DNA of 64,000 nt from Selaginella moellendorffii. Taxonomy: Eukaryota; Plantae; Lycopodiophyta. Location: positions 1,032,628 through 1,096,627 of the forward strand of contig NW_003314293.1 in NCBI RefSeq assembly GCF_000143415.4, read 5' to 3'. The number at the start of each line of letters is the position of its first letter. Position 1 is the first letter of the stretch. The notes beneath the pieces are model-generated. The model had not been told where the DNA came from, did not search any database, and saw only the letters and a program-made list of their open reading frames with translations. This document shows, piece after piece, positions 1-12,866 of the stretch. The position numbers were made by a program, and so were the translations under genes.

Positions 1-51
1 ACAGCATTTGCCCAGAAAGGGCATCTTTCTTCACGCAGCATTTGCCACATG

Positions 52-70
52 TTTAGGGTTTAGGGTTTAG
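52..70 (+). repeat. Short interstitial plant telomere-motif run (TTTAGGG x ~2.7)
   Basis: tttagggtttagggtttag. Confidence 0.8.
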
Positions 71-441
71 CAATTCAGTAGCTTGATAAACATGCAAATA
101 CAGAACTTGATGCAAAATCCTTTGATATGTCACAATGCCCCTAGGACCATAAACACATTTCAATAGAGAGGGTCCTTTCATTTCATAACTCCTTACGTAG
201 ATCTTGGTGAAACCAGAGTTAGTGAAGTTGGTTTCTTATGATCCCGCATCTGATTATGATGTCCCTTTGCAGTGTCGATGGAAAGGTCAATGCACACCAA
301 ACTGTAGAATCTTGGAGCAAAATAACGGTCGGATCTATGGCAAATGCCCCTGAAATATTGTAAGGCTCGTGTGGTCTCATGTGGTGTCCGATCAAGATGC
401 TTCTTTGCAGGGTCATCAAGAAGGACATTGTATACCATTCT
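71..441 (-). pseudogene. Decayed coding segment of an unknown gene divergent to the ParB gene (possibly the element's transposase)
   Basis: ORF 193-438, then a frame whose stops are TGA (CGA decay: QDLRKEL*K*KDPLY*NVFMVLGAL*HIKRILHQ). In copy B the homologous segment begins after a minus-strand TTTTACAG acceptor near 36892. Confidence 0.35.
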
Positions 442-507
442 TTATTTAGTTGAACATCTGGCATTTTTGGAAATACAAGATGCTTTGGAATATCCAATCA
501 CCCATAA

Positions 508-3500
508 GTAACACCCGACATCGCAGACGTGATCCCCTACTACCGAACAATGAAGGGCGAGACGAGGTTTCCAGACTTGATCAATAAGAAGGTGTTGGAC
601 GATCAGAACATCCGGTTCTATGCCATCTCCGGGCAGCATTCTAGCTTGGCGATGCAAGAGATAGTTGTGGATATTATGGTGGGCGAGGAGGTGAAGAAAG
701 TCTTCAAGACAAGAGTTGTCCGCCTGATAAAAGGCAACTCGCCCCTCCGATCTATCATATACATCTCCCACGCGCAGAATGTCAAGCAAGAAACGTGCTA
801 CAAATTGGGTCTGCACGAGACATTGGCACGAACACGGAAGCTCTGGGTTCAACTGAAGAAGCCACAAAAACCAGGACAAGGACGTGCACTAGCAACTAGC
901 GCCTGGCAGGTAAGCCTCGTTGCATGTGGCATAGCATGTGGCCTCATGCCATTTCCATTGCAGGAATTCTCGAGTCTTCTCTCGAAAACACTGGGGGTCA
1001 ATGACACACTCAGCATCCATAACATTCTACTCACAACAAAAGTTGTTTTTGACAAATGGGTAGATGTGCTGAGGAGGTACCATGACGGGGAGTTGCTAAA
1101 CTCAATGGGTGTGGAGGACGGCCGAAAGCCCAATGATTTGAAGCTCAACGCCTTGCGTTTCTCGCGGTCTCTAGACAATGACAACCTTCTGACAGTGGCT
1201 AATGCTCTTCTACGTGGTGAGGTAGTCTTCAACAAGACCAAAATGACTCTCGGCCATATTGTGACATACGAGGACTTGTGCACGACTCTGAGAGCTCGTG
1301 CGCTATTGAAGGATTGGATCTTCGAGCAAGTGGCCGTGGAGAGGGTGAGCATCGACACCACGCAAGAGATGATGGAAGAGCTGGAGTTGTCAAATGAAGA
1401 CATCGACGAGTACGTGAAGGGGGCCCCCAAGTTCATCGATCTGCTGCGGGATGCCACAAAAAGTAAAGTTGAGAAGTTGGATCAGTATCCAAATTTCATT
1501 AAGAGGGATGTCGACCGCCGGCTTCAGAAACAGCTCGACCCCGCAGCAGAGGCCTATCAAGAACCTTACCGGGTATACGTGAATTCGGATGAGGATCAAA
1601 GGTGGAGGAGCATCGTTTCCCGCGGAGATGAGCAGATCAAGAACATCTTTTGTGTGATGGACTTCACAAACGAGGAGATCACTCATGTAGACGAAGTCAG
1701 CTCCATCATTAACTTAATGGTGGGACTTGCGGAGGTGGAATCTTCAGTCCACTATATGATCTACGACTCCGAATCCTATCTCAAGTTCTGGAAGGCCTTG
1801 AACGAGGTGAAGGCTCGGTTGAAAGGCAAGGAGATGTAGGAGATCCATGGGATAATGGCTAAGAAGAAGATACCGACGAATGTCCGCATCTTCACACTCG
1901 CCCTTGTTATTGGTCCTGCAGCAGAGTGGGACTGGAGTGACTTCCCAGCTTCGCTTGACAAGGCCGATCGAATTGACCTGAGGGAGGTCAATTTACCCGT
2001 GCCTGAGGAACTGAAGACGGCTATGGAGCTTTCAAATCCAGAGAAAGCTCCAGGTGCAGCATGGGAAATGCTTAGTTGGGTCTTCAACGCAATAGCGGGT
2101 GGGTCACCTGCTTCCGACTCTAAGGGCAAATGCGTTGTCGAGTACAATTGCGGCGGACTATTCTTTCGAGCCGCACTACTCAAGGGTGTCCCGTGTGTTG
2201 CGGTGACAAACTCCATTGAAGAGGTGACTTCAATGGAGCATATAATTACAATTGCCAAAGAAAAACAGTATCTTCTCTGCGAACCTAGTGAGTACGCACT
2301 TTAAGTTTAAATGTTATCTCACAAGCTCTGTATGCAGGAGCGTGGCCACCCCCAGATGCTGAAACAGCGTTAACAGCTACTGTTGAAGATACCCATGTTG
2401 GGCCGAGCTCACAACCTGCACAAGGTAAGGTCACGTGAGGCCTCACGCCATTTTGATTATAGATCGTTGTGAATATTCAGACACGAGGACTGAAAAGCGC
2501 ACTGATGGCGCGTCGAAGAAGGACAAACAGACAAGCAATAGGAAAAAAGGAGGTACAAATTATATTTGCAATGGCGTGTGGTCTCATGCCATTCTTTGCA
2601 GGAGACACTTCTTCAAAGGCAAAACAGGCAAGCACCAGCCAAGCTCAAACTGACAGTGGTCATAAAAAGCGAAAGCACGTTGGATAGTCGTCGGGATCAG
2701 AGGCGTTTGATTCGAAAAGGAAGAAGGGCAACGAAAAGATGATAGGTAATGCCTCGCGATTATGGCGTGTGTGCTCATGCCATTCATTGCAGATCAAGGG
2801 CTGAGTGAAAGCAGCCAGTCACCACCTCCTAACTCAGATTCCTATAGCAGACTCCCCTTCCCCAATCTCAATGGAGAGGTACAATGGATGAGGGATGCTT
2901 TTCAAGTCAGGGCCACGTTTTTCTCATCTCGTCGTCTTCGAAGGGTGCAAGAATGTGCAGAAACCATGTTAAGACAGTCGGGTGAGGATACGGTCCTAGG
3001 TCATGCACTAAAACAGGCTATGGATGTCTTGTATTTTGAGATGGAGACTCGGCCAGATGATTTTCCCAAGATGGTCCTGGAAGAACAAGCCATCCAGCCT
3101 GAGCAGCCTATGGAAGAAATGAAGGAGGGGGATGAGGAGCCAGAGAAAGATAATGAGCAGGAAGAGCAGAAGGACGAAGAGGAGGACAAAGAAGAGGAGG
3201 ACGAAGAAGAGGAGGACGAAGAGGACTTGGATGGTCCTCACAATGGTGACGATCACAATAACGACGACGACGATGATGACGACGATGGCCAGCCTGAGGT
3301 GGCCAAAGAGCAGCAGAGGAAGGTCATACAAGACAAACCATCAGGTAAATAATAGTACATCCATTCCTAACCTTTTACCATTTCTAACATTGTCCATGTA
3401 GGTCGCAGAGCAAATGGTAAGTAGAGATTATTCAGTTGAATTAAGATACAAACTCTAGCCTTTAGTGTCGAGGAAGGATAGTGCCAAGCAAGGGTCGAAA

Positions 3501-3909
3501 CGTATGTCCAATCCTTCAGAATCAGTAGTGTGCCCAAGTGATATTGGTCCTAGTTCCTCAATAGCAGTTGATGGTAAATACAGTATAGTCGATTCAATGT
3601 GCTAATGAGTTTGTTTTTAGTAGCACGGGAGGATACCATCTCAATCGAAGGGAGATATTTGGACATGCATATGGATCCGCCAGTGGACTCTACTTGCCTG
3701 CAAGAGTCATCAGAGCTGGTGGAGGCTACTATCCATATCAACGCCAAACAAGCTGACCACGCTCCACTTGATGCTGCCCATACCACTGAGTCAATCTTGT
3801 CCACGTATCCAACTGACGGTGACCAGGCGCCATTGGACCCGCATGAGGCCACCCCAGCCGCCAAGCCGGTCGTATCCTCATTTCCAACGGATTCAACGTG
3901 TGCCCAATA
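508..3909 (+). pseudogene. Spliced ParB-like + degenerate amino-MTase + low-complexity/acidic protein, copy A (5' end and HAD domain deleted)
   Basis: FYAISGQHSSLA (ParB/Srx G-x-H-type motif); KCVVEYNCGGLFFRAALLKGVPCVAV (motif-I-like Rossmann strand-helix-strand). GT-AG introns 910-963, 2288-2337, 2425-2480 (or 2462), 2553-2601, 2746-2792, 3345-3401, 3417-3465 and 3574-3620 join all ORF fragments in frame. Premature TAGs at 1837 and ~2685. Confidence 0.7.
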
Positions 3910-4135
3910 TTAAAAGGATGGAAAGAAATTGGACGACGATGACAAAGAGAAGAAAGAGGTGAAGCAGTGGCAGGGGGAGGAGAAGTGATTGAGTAGACAT
4001 TTCCTTGTTTAAAATAAAATGGCATGTGCCTCAATGCAGTTGAATTTTGTTATATTTATATACTATATAAAGGTTTGGAAACCTTATTTTACAAGTGGGA
4101 TAATGATAATTCCCACTTTAACGAAATAGAGCTTT

Positions 4136-4220
4136 ATGGAGGTTTTGAGTGAGACTCCTCCAAATAGTCGGAAGTGTGTTGAAGTGGCTAAAGTAGAATT
4201 GGAAAATTAAGTTGCTTACA
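4136..4220. mobile_element. Terminal fragment of an LTR ending GCTTACA
   Basis: Similar to 12342-12425; same terminus as the solo LTR at 57580-57762. Confidence 0.5.
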
Positions 4221-5103
4221 AGCTAAATGTTTCATTTGAACTTGTTATGGTTATCCTCACTCCACAATCCATGTCATTCATCTTCGCTCCACTTTCATAT
4301 TCATTTGTCCTCACTCCATAGTTGGGGCCAAACTCTTGTCTATCTCCTCTACCCCCTCCTCTAAAGAAAACAATGTTTGAAGTGTGGAAGTAGAAAAGAG
4401 AAAATGAAAAAAATTGAGGAAAAACAATTGTGAAAGATATAAAAGTGGATAAAGAAGTATCAGAAGAGGAATTTGCAGTAGTTGGTAATGTAAAAATGGG
4501 GAAATCAAAAGGACATATGCTCAAAGCTTGGAAAATAAGGGACTTTTTATTATAAAATACTTGTCACCACAATATAAACAAAAGATTCACACTACTCAAC
4601 CTCCTCAACACATAATTCAACACTTGAGATAGAAAAATTAATAACAACATCCACATTCTCAAGGGAATATATAAACTCTTCAGTAACAATAAAAAAGCAA
4701 AGGCTCTTAACGGCACTCACAAGTGGGGATATACATTTAACTTGAAACTCCAGCCAAAGTGATTCAACCTTTGGAACAGGGGAATACTTAACACCGGAAC
4801 TGATCAAAAACTCTATTAATGAGATACAAGCAAGATTCTCAACTTCATGCATACACTTAATGTCCAGATTAGTAGGAGGAGGATAGAAAGCACTCAACTC
4901 AACACTAGATTAAGAATGAGAATTATCAAAGTTATAAATGATTGATGTGCTAGGAGAAGAAAACACTACAGATGAAGACAAAATACTAGGAGAAATAAGA
5001 AAAGATTGGGAAAAAGTAAAAGGTAAAGAGAAAGGATTAAATGGTAGATTGAAAGATTGACATTTATTTTGTGAAATCTCCACTTCATTTCTAAAGCTAT
5101 CTC

Positions 5104-8100
5104 TATCAGGAAGCCCCCTTCCTACCACCAGATTCCTTACCATTACTGATTTCCCAAGTTATTATTCTAACCATTATCTTAGCCATTAACCAATGGTTTC
5201 CTAAGTTTGATTCCTATTCTTTGGGGTGGTCCACATGGCTCAGGCAACATGAACCATTAATTTAGGAGCTCAAGACCAATGGTCCTCATTCTTCCATTTG
5301 CATTTTAAAGGCCTAATAGCTACTGTAAAAATTTATCCACAATCAATACTAGTCTTGGGGCTAACTTTACTTTGATTTTCTTTTGTCAATTCCCCTTTTT
5401 TTCCTTGATTTTGGAGTTGGTTCTTGACAGTTTGATTGTGGATACTCACTTTTTCCTAGTCTCTCATCTAGTTTCTTCTCCTTTTTGTTTTTTTATTTTA
5501 TTTTTTGTTAATTTCTTTTGTGATTCTTTTTTCTGGGTCCTTTCCTTTTAATTCCATGGTCAATCAATCTACTTCCCCCCACCATCGAATAGGCTGTCAT
5601 CAATTTTCAAGCAGAGAATCAACAATTTCACAATGCCCTCATTGTTCTTCAATAAGAGCTCGTAGCACTCTCTACAGCTCCAACTCGTGCTTCTTCATCG
5701 GAGCCCAAGGTGAGCTTTCCTTCCAAGTTCATTGGGAAGTGAGATGAGTTGCGGGGCTTCCTCAACAAGATGGATCTCATTTTCAAGATACAACCTCAGC
5801 ACTACTCAATGGTGGAGTCTCAAATCGGTGCTATTGGCACTCTCCTCGACGGTCCTGCTCTCTCATGGTTCTCCCCACTCTTGGAGAAGGATCTTGTTTC
5901 GGACGCCATTTCTCTTCTCCAACACCTCGTCTGGCCATCACAACTCCCACCTCAACACCCTCTACAGCAACTCCAATGGAGATTGACATCGGCACAATGC
6001 CTTTCACCAATCGCTGCTGCCTCTCTCCAGCTGAGTGTCAATGCCGTATGGACCTGAACCTTTGTCTCTACTATGAGGACTCAGGACATAGGGCGGTTGG
6101 ATGTCCTTGGAAGCCGCCCTGTCTTTTGCAAATGGAGTTGCCATCTTCGCCTATTAAGGAGCCTGAAACATCCATGCCGAGAAACAGGGATGTCCAATTA
6201 GAGTAGGAGCTGCCATTGTGCAAGGAATAAAATGTCTCTTTGTTCAACATCAAGCTCCTCCACCTCCACTTCTCTTTCCATTCCATTCTTGTTTGCAACC
6301 ACAATCTCCGTCAACTTCCACCTTTTTGTGACTCTGAGGATTCCTAGTTCTTGGTCACCAGTGCTGCATACCACGATTCTACTGGACTCTAGAGCAACTT
6401 CATGTTTCATGGATGAATCTTTTTTCTAGTGGCATTGGATCCCCATCTCAACATTTGTTTGTGCGACTCAAACTGTTGAAGGTAGTGGAGACCATGTTAT
6501 TTCTCCTTCAATGGGGCTTCTGGCCACAATTCCTCTCTGAGTTCAGGTGGGGGATCTTTGCACTGATGTTGCCTTCAACATCATCTCTAGCAAGCATACT
6601 GCTGTGGTTCTTATGCTCCTATGGTTCCGTCTTCATAACCCGCGGATTGATTGGGAACACTTGCAGCTTGCTCCATTGCCCTCAATGCTTGCTGCTGATT
6701 CAAGCTCAGGTTCTGCATCTACACCAGAGGTTTGGGGTCCTACTCAGTTGTGCAGCTAGCATGTCACTAGCGCTTGGCACTCCTTCAATGGGGACCCATG
6801 TAACAACCATTGTCAAAGGTGCTGCCGATGACCCACGACCCTGCCGGCCATTGTAAGCGGTTGTACAATACTCTTCTCCAAATCTATCTGTAAATAAGTT
6901 GTGTCTCCCACTCCATTTTGCCCCTCCATTACCTTTTCCATCCATTGACAAGTTGGTTCTTCCCGTTTCCACTTCCTGTCCAGCCGTTTCACTGCCATTA
7001 TCAAACCCTCGACCCATTCTTGACCTTAGCCCATGTCCTTCCCATTTCTACCATCACCATGAAAGAGTTAGTCCACGAGTCTGAACCCCTTCAGTTGTTT
7101 GCTTTGATTGTTAATCTTGTTTGTCATTCCATTGAGTCAACTATTTTCTTGCCGGTGAAGTATTAGGATTTCCAAGATGTTTTTGACAAGGGAAAAGCTA
7201 GTGGTTTGCCTCCTTATTGTCCTTATAACTGTGCTATTGAGTTATAGGAGGGTGCTTATAGCCCCCATGGGGACCCATCTACAGTCTCTTGCCATTGGAG
7301 CTGGCTGCCCTCAAGGAGTATGTGGACACTAATCTGGAATTTGGCTTCATCTGGCACTCTCAGTCACCTACGAAGGCTCTCATCTTCTTCATCAAGAAGA
7401 AGGAGCTGGTAGTTGACTACCACAGCCTCAATAAAGTCACTGTGCAGAACTGGTACCCATTGCCTTTAATCCCAGAGTTGCTGGAATGGCTGGGTGGGGC
7501 TTGGTTTTTCACCAAGATCGACCTTTGAGGAGCTTACAATCTCATGAGGATCAAGCCTGGGGACAAGTGGAAGATGGCTTTCCAGAGCCGTTATGGCCAT
7601 TTTGAGTACACGGTGATGCCATTTGATCTCACCAATGCCCCTACTATTTTTCAACATTTGGCAAACGACGTCCTCCGAGAGTTTTTGGATCAGTTTGTGG
7701 TTGTGTATCTTGATGATATTCTGGTTTTCTCTCGCACTTAGGAGGAGCAGTACAGCAAGTGTTGGCCAAGCTCCGGGAACACAGCCTTTATGCAAAGCTA
7801 GAGAAGTGTTTCTTTGATCAGGATTCTGTTGAGTATCTGGGGTACATTATGTCTCCACAAGGGGTTGCAATGGATTTTGCAAAGGTAAAAACAATCCAGG
7901 AATGGGAGGTGCCGAAGACCATCACCAACGTGTAGTGTTTTCTCGGTTTTACTAACTTTTACCATAAATTCATTGATGGGTATTCTGCCCTGGTGTTGCC
8001 ATTGATAGCTCTGACGCACAAGGACATGCCATTCTAGTGGTCCAGCTTGGTGATGATAAGGAGCTTCATCTGGTCGCATTCCATTCTCGGAAGTTCCATG

Positions 8101-10350
8101 CAGTTGAGATCAACTACAAGATCCATAACAAGGAGCTCCTTGGCATTGTAGGCTCATTCCATGAGTGGTGCCATTTCTTGGAGGGTGCTGTGCATCAGAT
8201 CAGTGTGGACAGATCATAAGAACCTGGAGTTCCTCTCTTCAACTCAGGTTTTGAGCCATTGACAAGCATAGTGGGCTTAGTTTCTCTCAATTTGATTTTG
8301 ATATCTGTTACAGGCCGGGAAAGCAACAAGGGTTGATGGATGCTCTTTCCCGTCGGTCCTACCTTGGCCTCCAGGCTGGTGACCCAGCCTTCAACGACTA
8401 AAACCAGGTTCTTCTAGGGCCAAACTGGCTCCAAGTTTTGGCCATCTCAATGGCTCTGCTGAACCCAGCCATTACAGCGGCCATTTGGCAGGATCTCCAA
8501 CTAGATGACTTTGCTTTGGATGTGTTTCCTTACCTTCAACCTGGTCATCCTCCTTCTGCCTGCACCTGGCTCGACAACTCCACCTTGCTGGATGACCTCT
8601 TGTTCAACTGTATGTTCCTGTTGGTGATGCTCAGCGGCTTGTTCTTCAACAGCGACATGATGATCAAGCATCTGGCCATTATGGTGAGCATAAGACTTTT
8701 GAGTTGGTTTCTAGGGATTATTGGTGGCCAAAGATGCAGGAGTTTGTCAAGCACTTCGTGGATTCCTGTGACACATGTACCCAAAACAAGCTCCTACGCC
8801 ATTCACCATCAGAGTTACTCCACTCACTGCCAGTGCCAACGGCTCCTTGAGAGTCCATTTCGATGGACTTCTTGATTGATCTTCCACCTTCCCATGGTTT
8901 TGATTCCATCATTATGGTGGTGGATCGATTCACCAAAATGGCCCATTTTTTGCTGTGCTTGAAGTCCATCATTGGCACAGCAACAGCCACCTTGGTGCTC
9001 TCAAGGAGGTGTTCTGGCTTCACAGCCTGCCAATGGACATTGTCACCAATAGGGGACCTCAGTTCATCTCCAGGTACTGGCACCATTTTCTCGAGCTGCT
9101 CAGTGTTCATGGCAACCTCTCATCGGCTTATCATCCTTAAATTGATGGCCAAACCGAGTGCACCATTTAATCACTAGAGCTATATCTTCGCTGCTTCATT
9201 AGCTATCAGCAAGATGACTAGGTGGACCTTTTGCTCCTCATGGAGTTCTCTTACAACAACTCTCATCACTCTTCCACTCGGTACTCTCCATTCTTTGCCT
9301 ATACCGGTCATCACCCCCATTTTGATCTCTCTCACCCCCTTTTTTCCACCACTTCGGCCATTCCATAGGCTGATGATTTTTTCACTCATCTCCAGACCAT
9401 TCACACCACCATCTCCCATCATCTCTAGCCTGCCATTAAATCCCATAAGCACTTTGTTGATCATCATTGTCAACTGGCTCCCCTATATGCTATTGGAGAT
9501 TGTGTCTGGCTCCTTTGCCACAACATCTCTATAGATCAACCTTCTAGCAAGCTAGACTTCAAGCACCTTGGCCCATTTTCCATCTCCAAGGTACTTAGTC
9601 TTGTTTCTTTTCGTCTTGCTTTGCTTGCTTCCTACCATTTGCACCCTGTTTTTCACTCCTCTCTTCTTGAACCTTACATTTCCAACACCATTCCCAACCA
9701 CACTTCTCCACCACCTCCTCTTATTGTCTTCCATGACGAGCCTGAGTTCAAAGATGCTTCCATTCTTGACTTCAAAATCTCCCACAACTGGCTCTTTTAT
9801 CTTGTTGACTGGCTTGGTTATGGCCCTAAAGACCATTCCTGGGAGCTAGCCTAGCATCTGGCTCATTCCCCTCTTAAACTCCATGATTTTCACACTCGCT
9901 ATCCTCATAAACCTAGCCTTCATTCCCTCTCCTTCCTCCTTCCTCTCCCTTGGCTAATCCTTGCACTCGCTCCACTTGTCATTGGGGGTGGGGGGGGGGC
10001 GGGGGGGGGGGGGTTTATTGTCAGGAAACCCCCTTCTTGCCACCAGATTCCTTGCCATTATTGATTTCCTAGACTATTATTCTAGCCATTATCTTAGCTA
10101 TTATCCAATGGCTTCCTTTGAGATTGATTCCTATTCTTTGGGGTGGTCCACGTGGCTTGGGCAACATGAACCATTAATTCGGGAGCTTGAAACCAATGGT
10201 CCTCATTCTTCTATTTGCATTATAAAGGCCTAATAGCTGCTGTAAAACTTTATCTATAATCAACACTAGTCTTGGGGCTAACTTTCCCTTGACTTTTCTT
10301 ATTTTCTCTTGTCGATTCCGCTTTATTTTCCTTGATTTTGGAGTTGCTCC
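5104..10350 (+). mobile_element. Ty3/Gypsy chromovirus (Tcn1-like), degenerate, near full length
   Basis: LTRs 5104-5429 and 10019-~10350. gag, protease LLDS(R)A, RT ([16 protein letters not shown]), RNase H, integrase ([19 protein letters not shown]), chromodomain (FYLVDWLGYGPKDHSWE, 9720-9854). Poly-G PPT ~9985-10013. No tRNA-type TGG PBS after the 5' LTR. Confidence 0.85.
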
Positions 10351-10850
10351 TCATCACAATTCATAATCCATTCAATCTTATAAACATTATCTTCCCATAA
10401 ACTCGATCCTTGAACATTCTTCAAGAACCAGATTGCATCATCCATAGCTCACCCATTAATGTCACAATCATGCTCCATATCAACAAAAGGTGGCAAAACA
10501 CTAAGAATAGAACAAGCTGTATAATTATATCCCACAAAAGTTGGAGATGGGTACACGCCAAAGATGGGCACAACACTAATATGATCACACCCTATAGCAC
10601 CAAAAGTTCAATCTAATAGAACAATATTAACAACCTCAAGTGACATACTCCTTGATTAATGACAACATGATATGGTAGAAAAAGAAAATGCAATGAAGAT
10701 CAAAAGAAAGAGCATATTAATAGCTAAATTTTTAAATCTTACAAAAGATCTAAATCTAAAAGAGAATGAAGAAATAAGAATATAAAACATGATCTTGAAT
10801 ACTAGAGTAAAGCATTACCAAAAATCTTTGCCCTTCAAAGACAGATTGCA

Positions 10851-10980
10851 ATGCCCCTCACTTTCACCAATGTGAGCATTCAGGATATAGAAATAGATAA
10901 ATTAAGTAAGGTTTAGACCTCTGCTTATATACAAGAATAAATGGACTAGATTCAATCTTAAATAGATAGTCTATATACTA
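10851..10980 (-). mobile_element. PBS plus start of an LTR from a retroelement related to the one at 25168-25364
   Basis: tgcccctcactttcaccaa|tgtgagc matches tgcccctcatctccaccaa|tgtgaat at 25169-25194. Confidence 0.5.
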
Positions 10981-10987
10981 TAATAGG

Positions 10988-11392
10988 ACCCGAGATGGAG
11001 TCCGAGATGGACCCGAGATGAAGATGGACCAGAGATGGAGTTCGAGATGGAGTCTGAGATGGAGTCTGAGATGGAATTGGAGATGGAGTCCGAGATGGAC
11101 CCAAGATGGAGTCCGAGATGAATCCGAGATGGAGTTCGAGATGGAGCCCGAGATGGACCCAAGATGGAGTCTGAGATGGAGTTTGAGATGGACCCGAGAT
11201 AGAGTCCGAGATGGACCCGAGATGGAGTCCGAGATGAACTCGAGATGGAGTCCGAGATGGAGTCCGAGATGGAGTCCAAGATGGAACCCGAGATGGAGTC
11301 CGAGATGGAACCGAGACCGAGACCGAGACCAAGTCTGAGTCCGAAATTGGGACCGAGACTGAGTCCGAGTTTGAGTTCGAGTCCGAGTCCGA
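10988..11392 (+). repeat. 12-bp minisatellite (GAGATGGAGTCC consensus) grading into 6-bp CCGAG(A/T) units
   Basis: Directly visible tandem array; source of the spurious repetitive ORFs at 10958-11651. Confidence 0.9.
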
Positions 11393-12425
11393 ATACTAAT
11401 ACAGGCAGTTGGGTGAAAGCCCAAAGCGATTGTCCCCCAGGAGGGGGGGGGGGGGGGGGGCTACGGGTGGTTCCAAAAGTATAGTAGGGAGAGTGTGGGG
11501 GTTGGAGCCCAGTGGAGCCAGTTTGGCCAGGAAAGGCTAGTTTGGCCCAGGAAAGCCATACCCAGCTATCGGGTGATGGGATGACCACTGGGAAGTCTAA
11601 GACTAAAGTGAATACGGACCGATAAGCGGGGTAGCTTGGTGAAGTGTTCAAGAGTCGGCTCTAGTTCCCTCGGGAGATTGACTAGCCGATGTTCCCAGTC
11701 CAAGTGTGGGTGGCACTACCTACTTGGATACCAGGCGTGGCTCAATGGAACCTCGCTCTAAGCCCATGGCTAGAGCACCCAAGGGCAGAAGGCAGGGAAA
11801 GTACCCAGGTGGCTCGCGTAAGGCCACGGTGTTCTGAAATGTTGCCCCAAAGTCCCAGACTGTGGGAAGGAAGAGGAGCAGACCTCTGGCATAGTGAGTA
11901 AGGACATAGTCACATGGTGAGGAAGTCCCAGAGGACCGTGGGACTTAGTGGTCATGCTTGTGGGCCTTGATCTTGTGGCAGTGTTGGCAAACACAGCCAT
12001 GGACAGAAAGGGACTTGGTGAGGACCGGAAAAAGGATATTGGGGAAGGCTATTCCCCATGTCTGTGGGCATCCTAAGGATGCTAAGGAGTGGATCTGAAA
12101 TGATCACTCATGGACGGATGGCCCAGTCCTTGAGAGACGGGACTATGATGCAAGTGGTGTTAGACCACCGATGTGACCAAGGTAAAGGGGCATGTCCTTA
12201 GTGTAACAGGCTGATATGTCAATGGTACCTTGGGGTGTCGGTCATGGGATCGGACATGTGGAGCATTTGGATCAAGTGCAAAGGTTGAGTGGCGGGGATG
12301 CCATTCTTGGGGCTAGCAAGCCCAAGTCTGAAATAGGACTTATGGAGGTTGTGAGTGAGACTTCTCTAAGTGGTTGGACGTCTGGGTAAGTGACTAAAGT
12401 AGAAAGGAAAATTTAATCGCTTACA
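11393..12425. mobile_element. Probable long LTR sequence ending GCTTACA, interrupting an older Gypsy integrase
   Basis: Terminus homologous to 4136-4220; integrase coding sequence resumes at ~12430. Confidence 0.45.
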
Positions 12426-12766
12426 ATGTTAAATAACCATCCCAATCCGAATGCTAAAAGTTCACATACTTCGCGATCATCCCTTTGAACGTCCGAACGA
12501 GCCATTCCACCAAACCATCTGTTATGATCCGGCACAAAAAGACAGAGATCTAGTCGCCCTAGACTATGCTACACCACCTCTTGAGGTTCCTCACCACCCA
12601 ACCACCCCCGAGCTACCTCAAAAGCTCCACTACGCTGCCGCTCCACTGTGAGCCCTAGGGTAGGTTAGGTCCCTTACCCTAACATGCCTTAATATACCCT
12701 TGAGCCTCCCTTTGACCGATGTTGACCACGTAGTCAAAGCTGGCGCCTAACAATTCTTCCCCCCCA

Positions 12767-12866
12767 NNNNNNNNNNNNNNNNNNNNNNNNNNNNNNNNNN
12801 NNNNNNNNNNNNNNNNNNNNNNNNNNNNNNNNNNNNNNNNNNNNNNNNNNNNNNNNNNNNNNNNNN
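12767..12866. other. Assembly gap (100 N)
   Basis: N run. Confidence 1.

Larger units (their letters stand above)
1..4132. mobile_element. Family-1 ParB/MTase-carrying TIR element, copy A (internally deleted, left end outside the window)
   Basis: From ~390 onward highly similar to 36841-43824. Ends in ...CCCACTTTAACGAAATAGAGC (4132), like copy B and the MITE TIR. Three deletions relative to copy B. Confidence 0.75.

Noticed and set aside
849-1457. 202-aa antisense ORF, also present at 39118-39726
   Set aside because: Shadow of the sense coding frame in two recently diverged copies.
529-4132. Bacterial or phage contamination as the source of the ParB/MTase genes
   Set aside because: The genes have spliceosomal introns and plant-type methylation decay, and are nested among plant retroelements.
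4221-5103. Short minus-strand ORFs in A-rich DNA
   Set aside because: No recognisable motifs; probably decayed retroelement interior.
10958-11651. Several long repetitive ORFs
   Set aside because: Artefacts of a 12-bp minisatellite that is stop-free in several frames.
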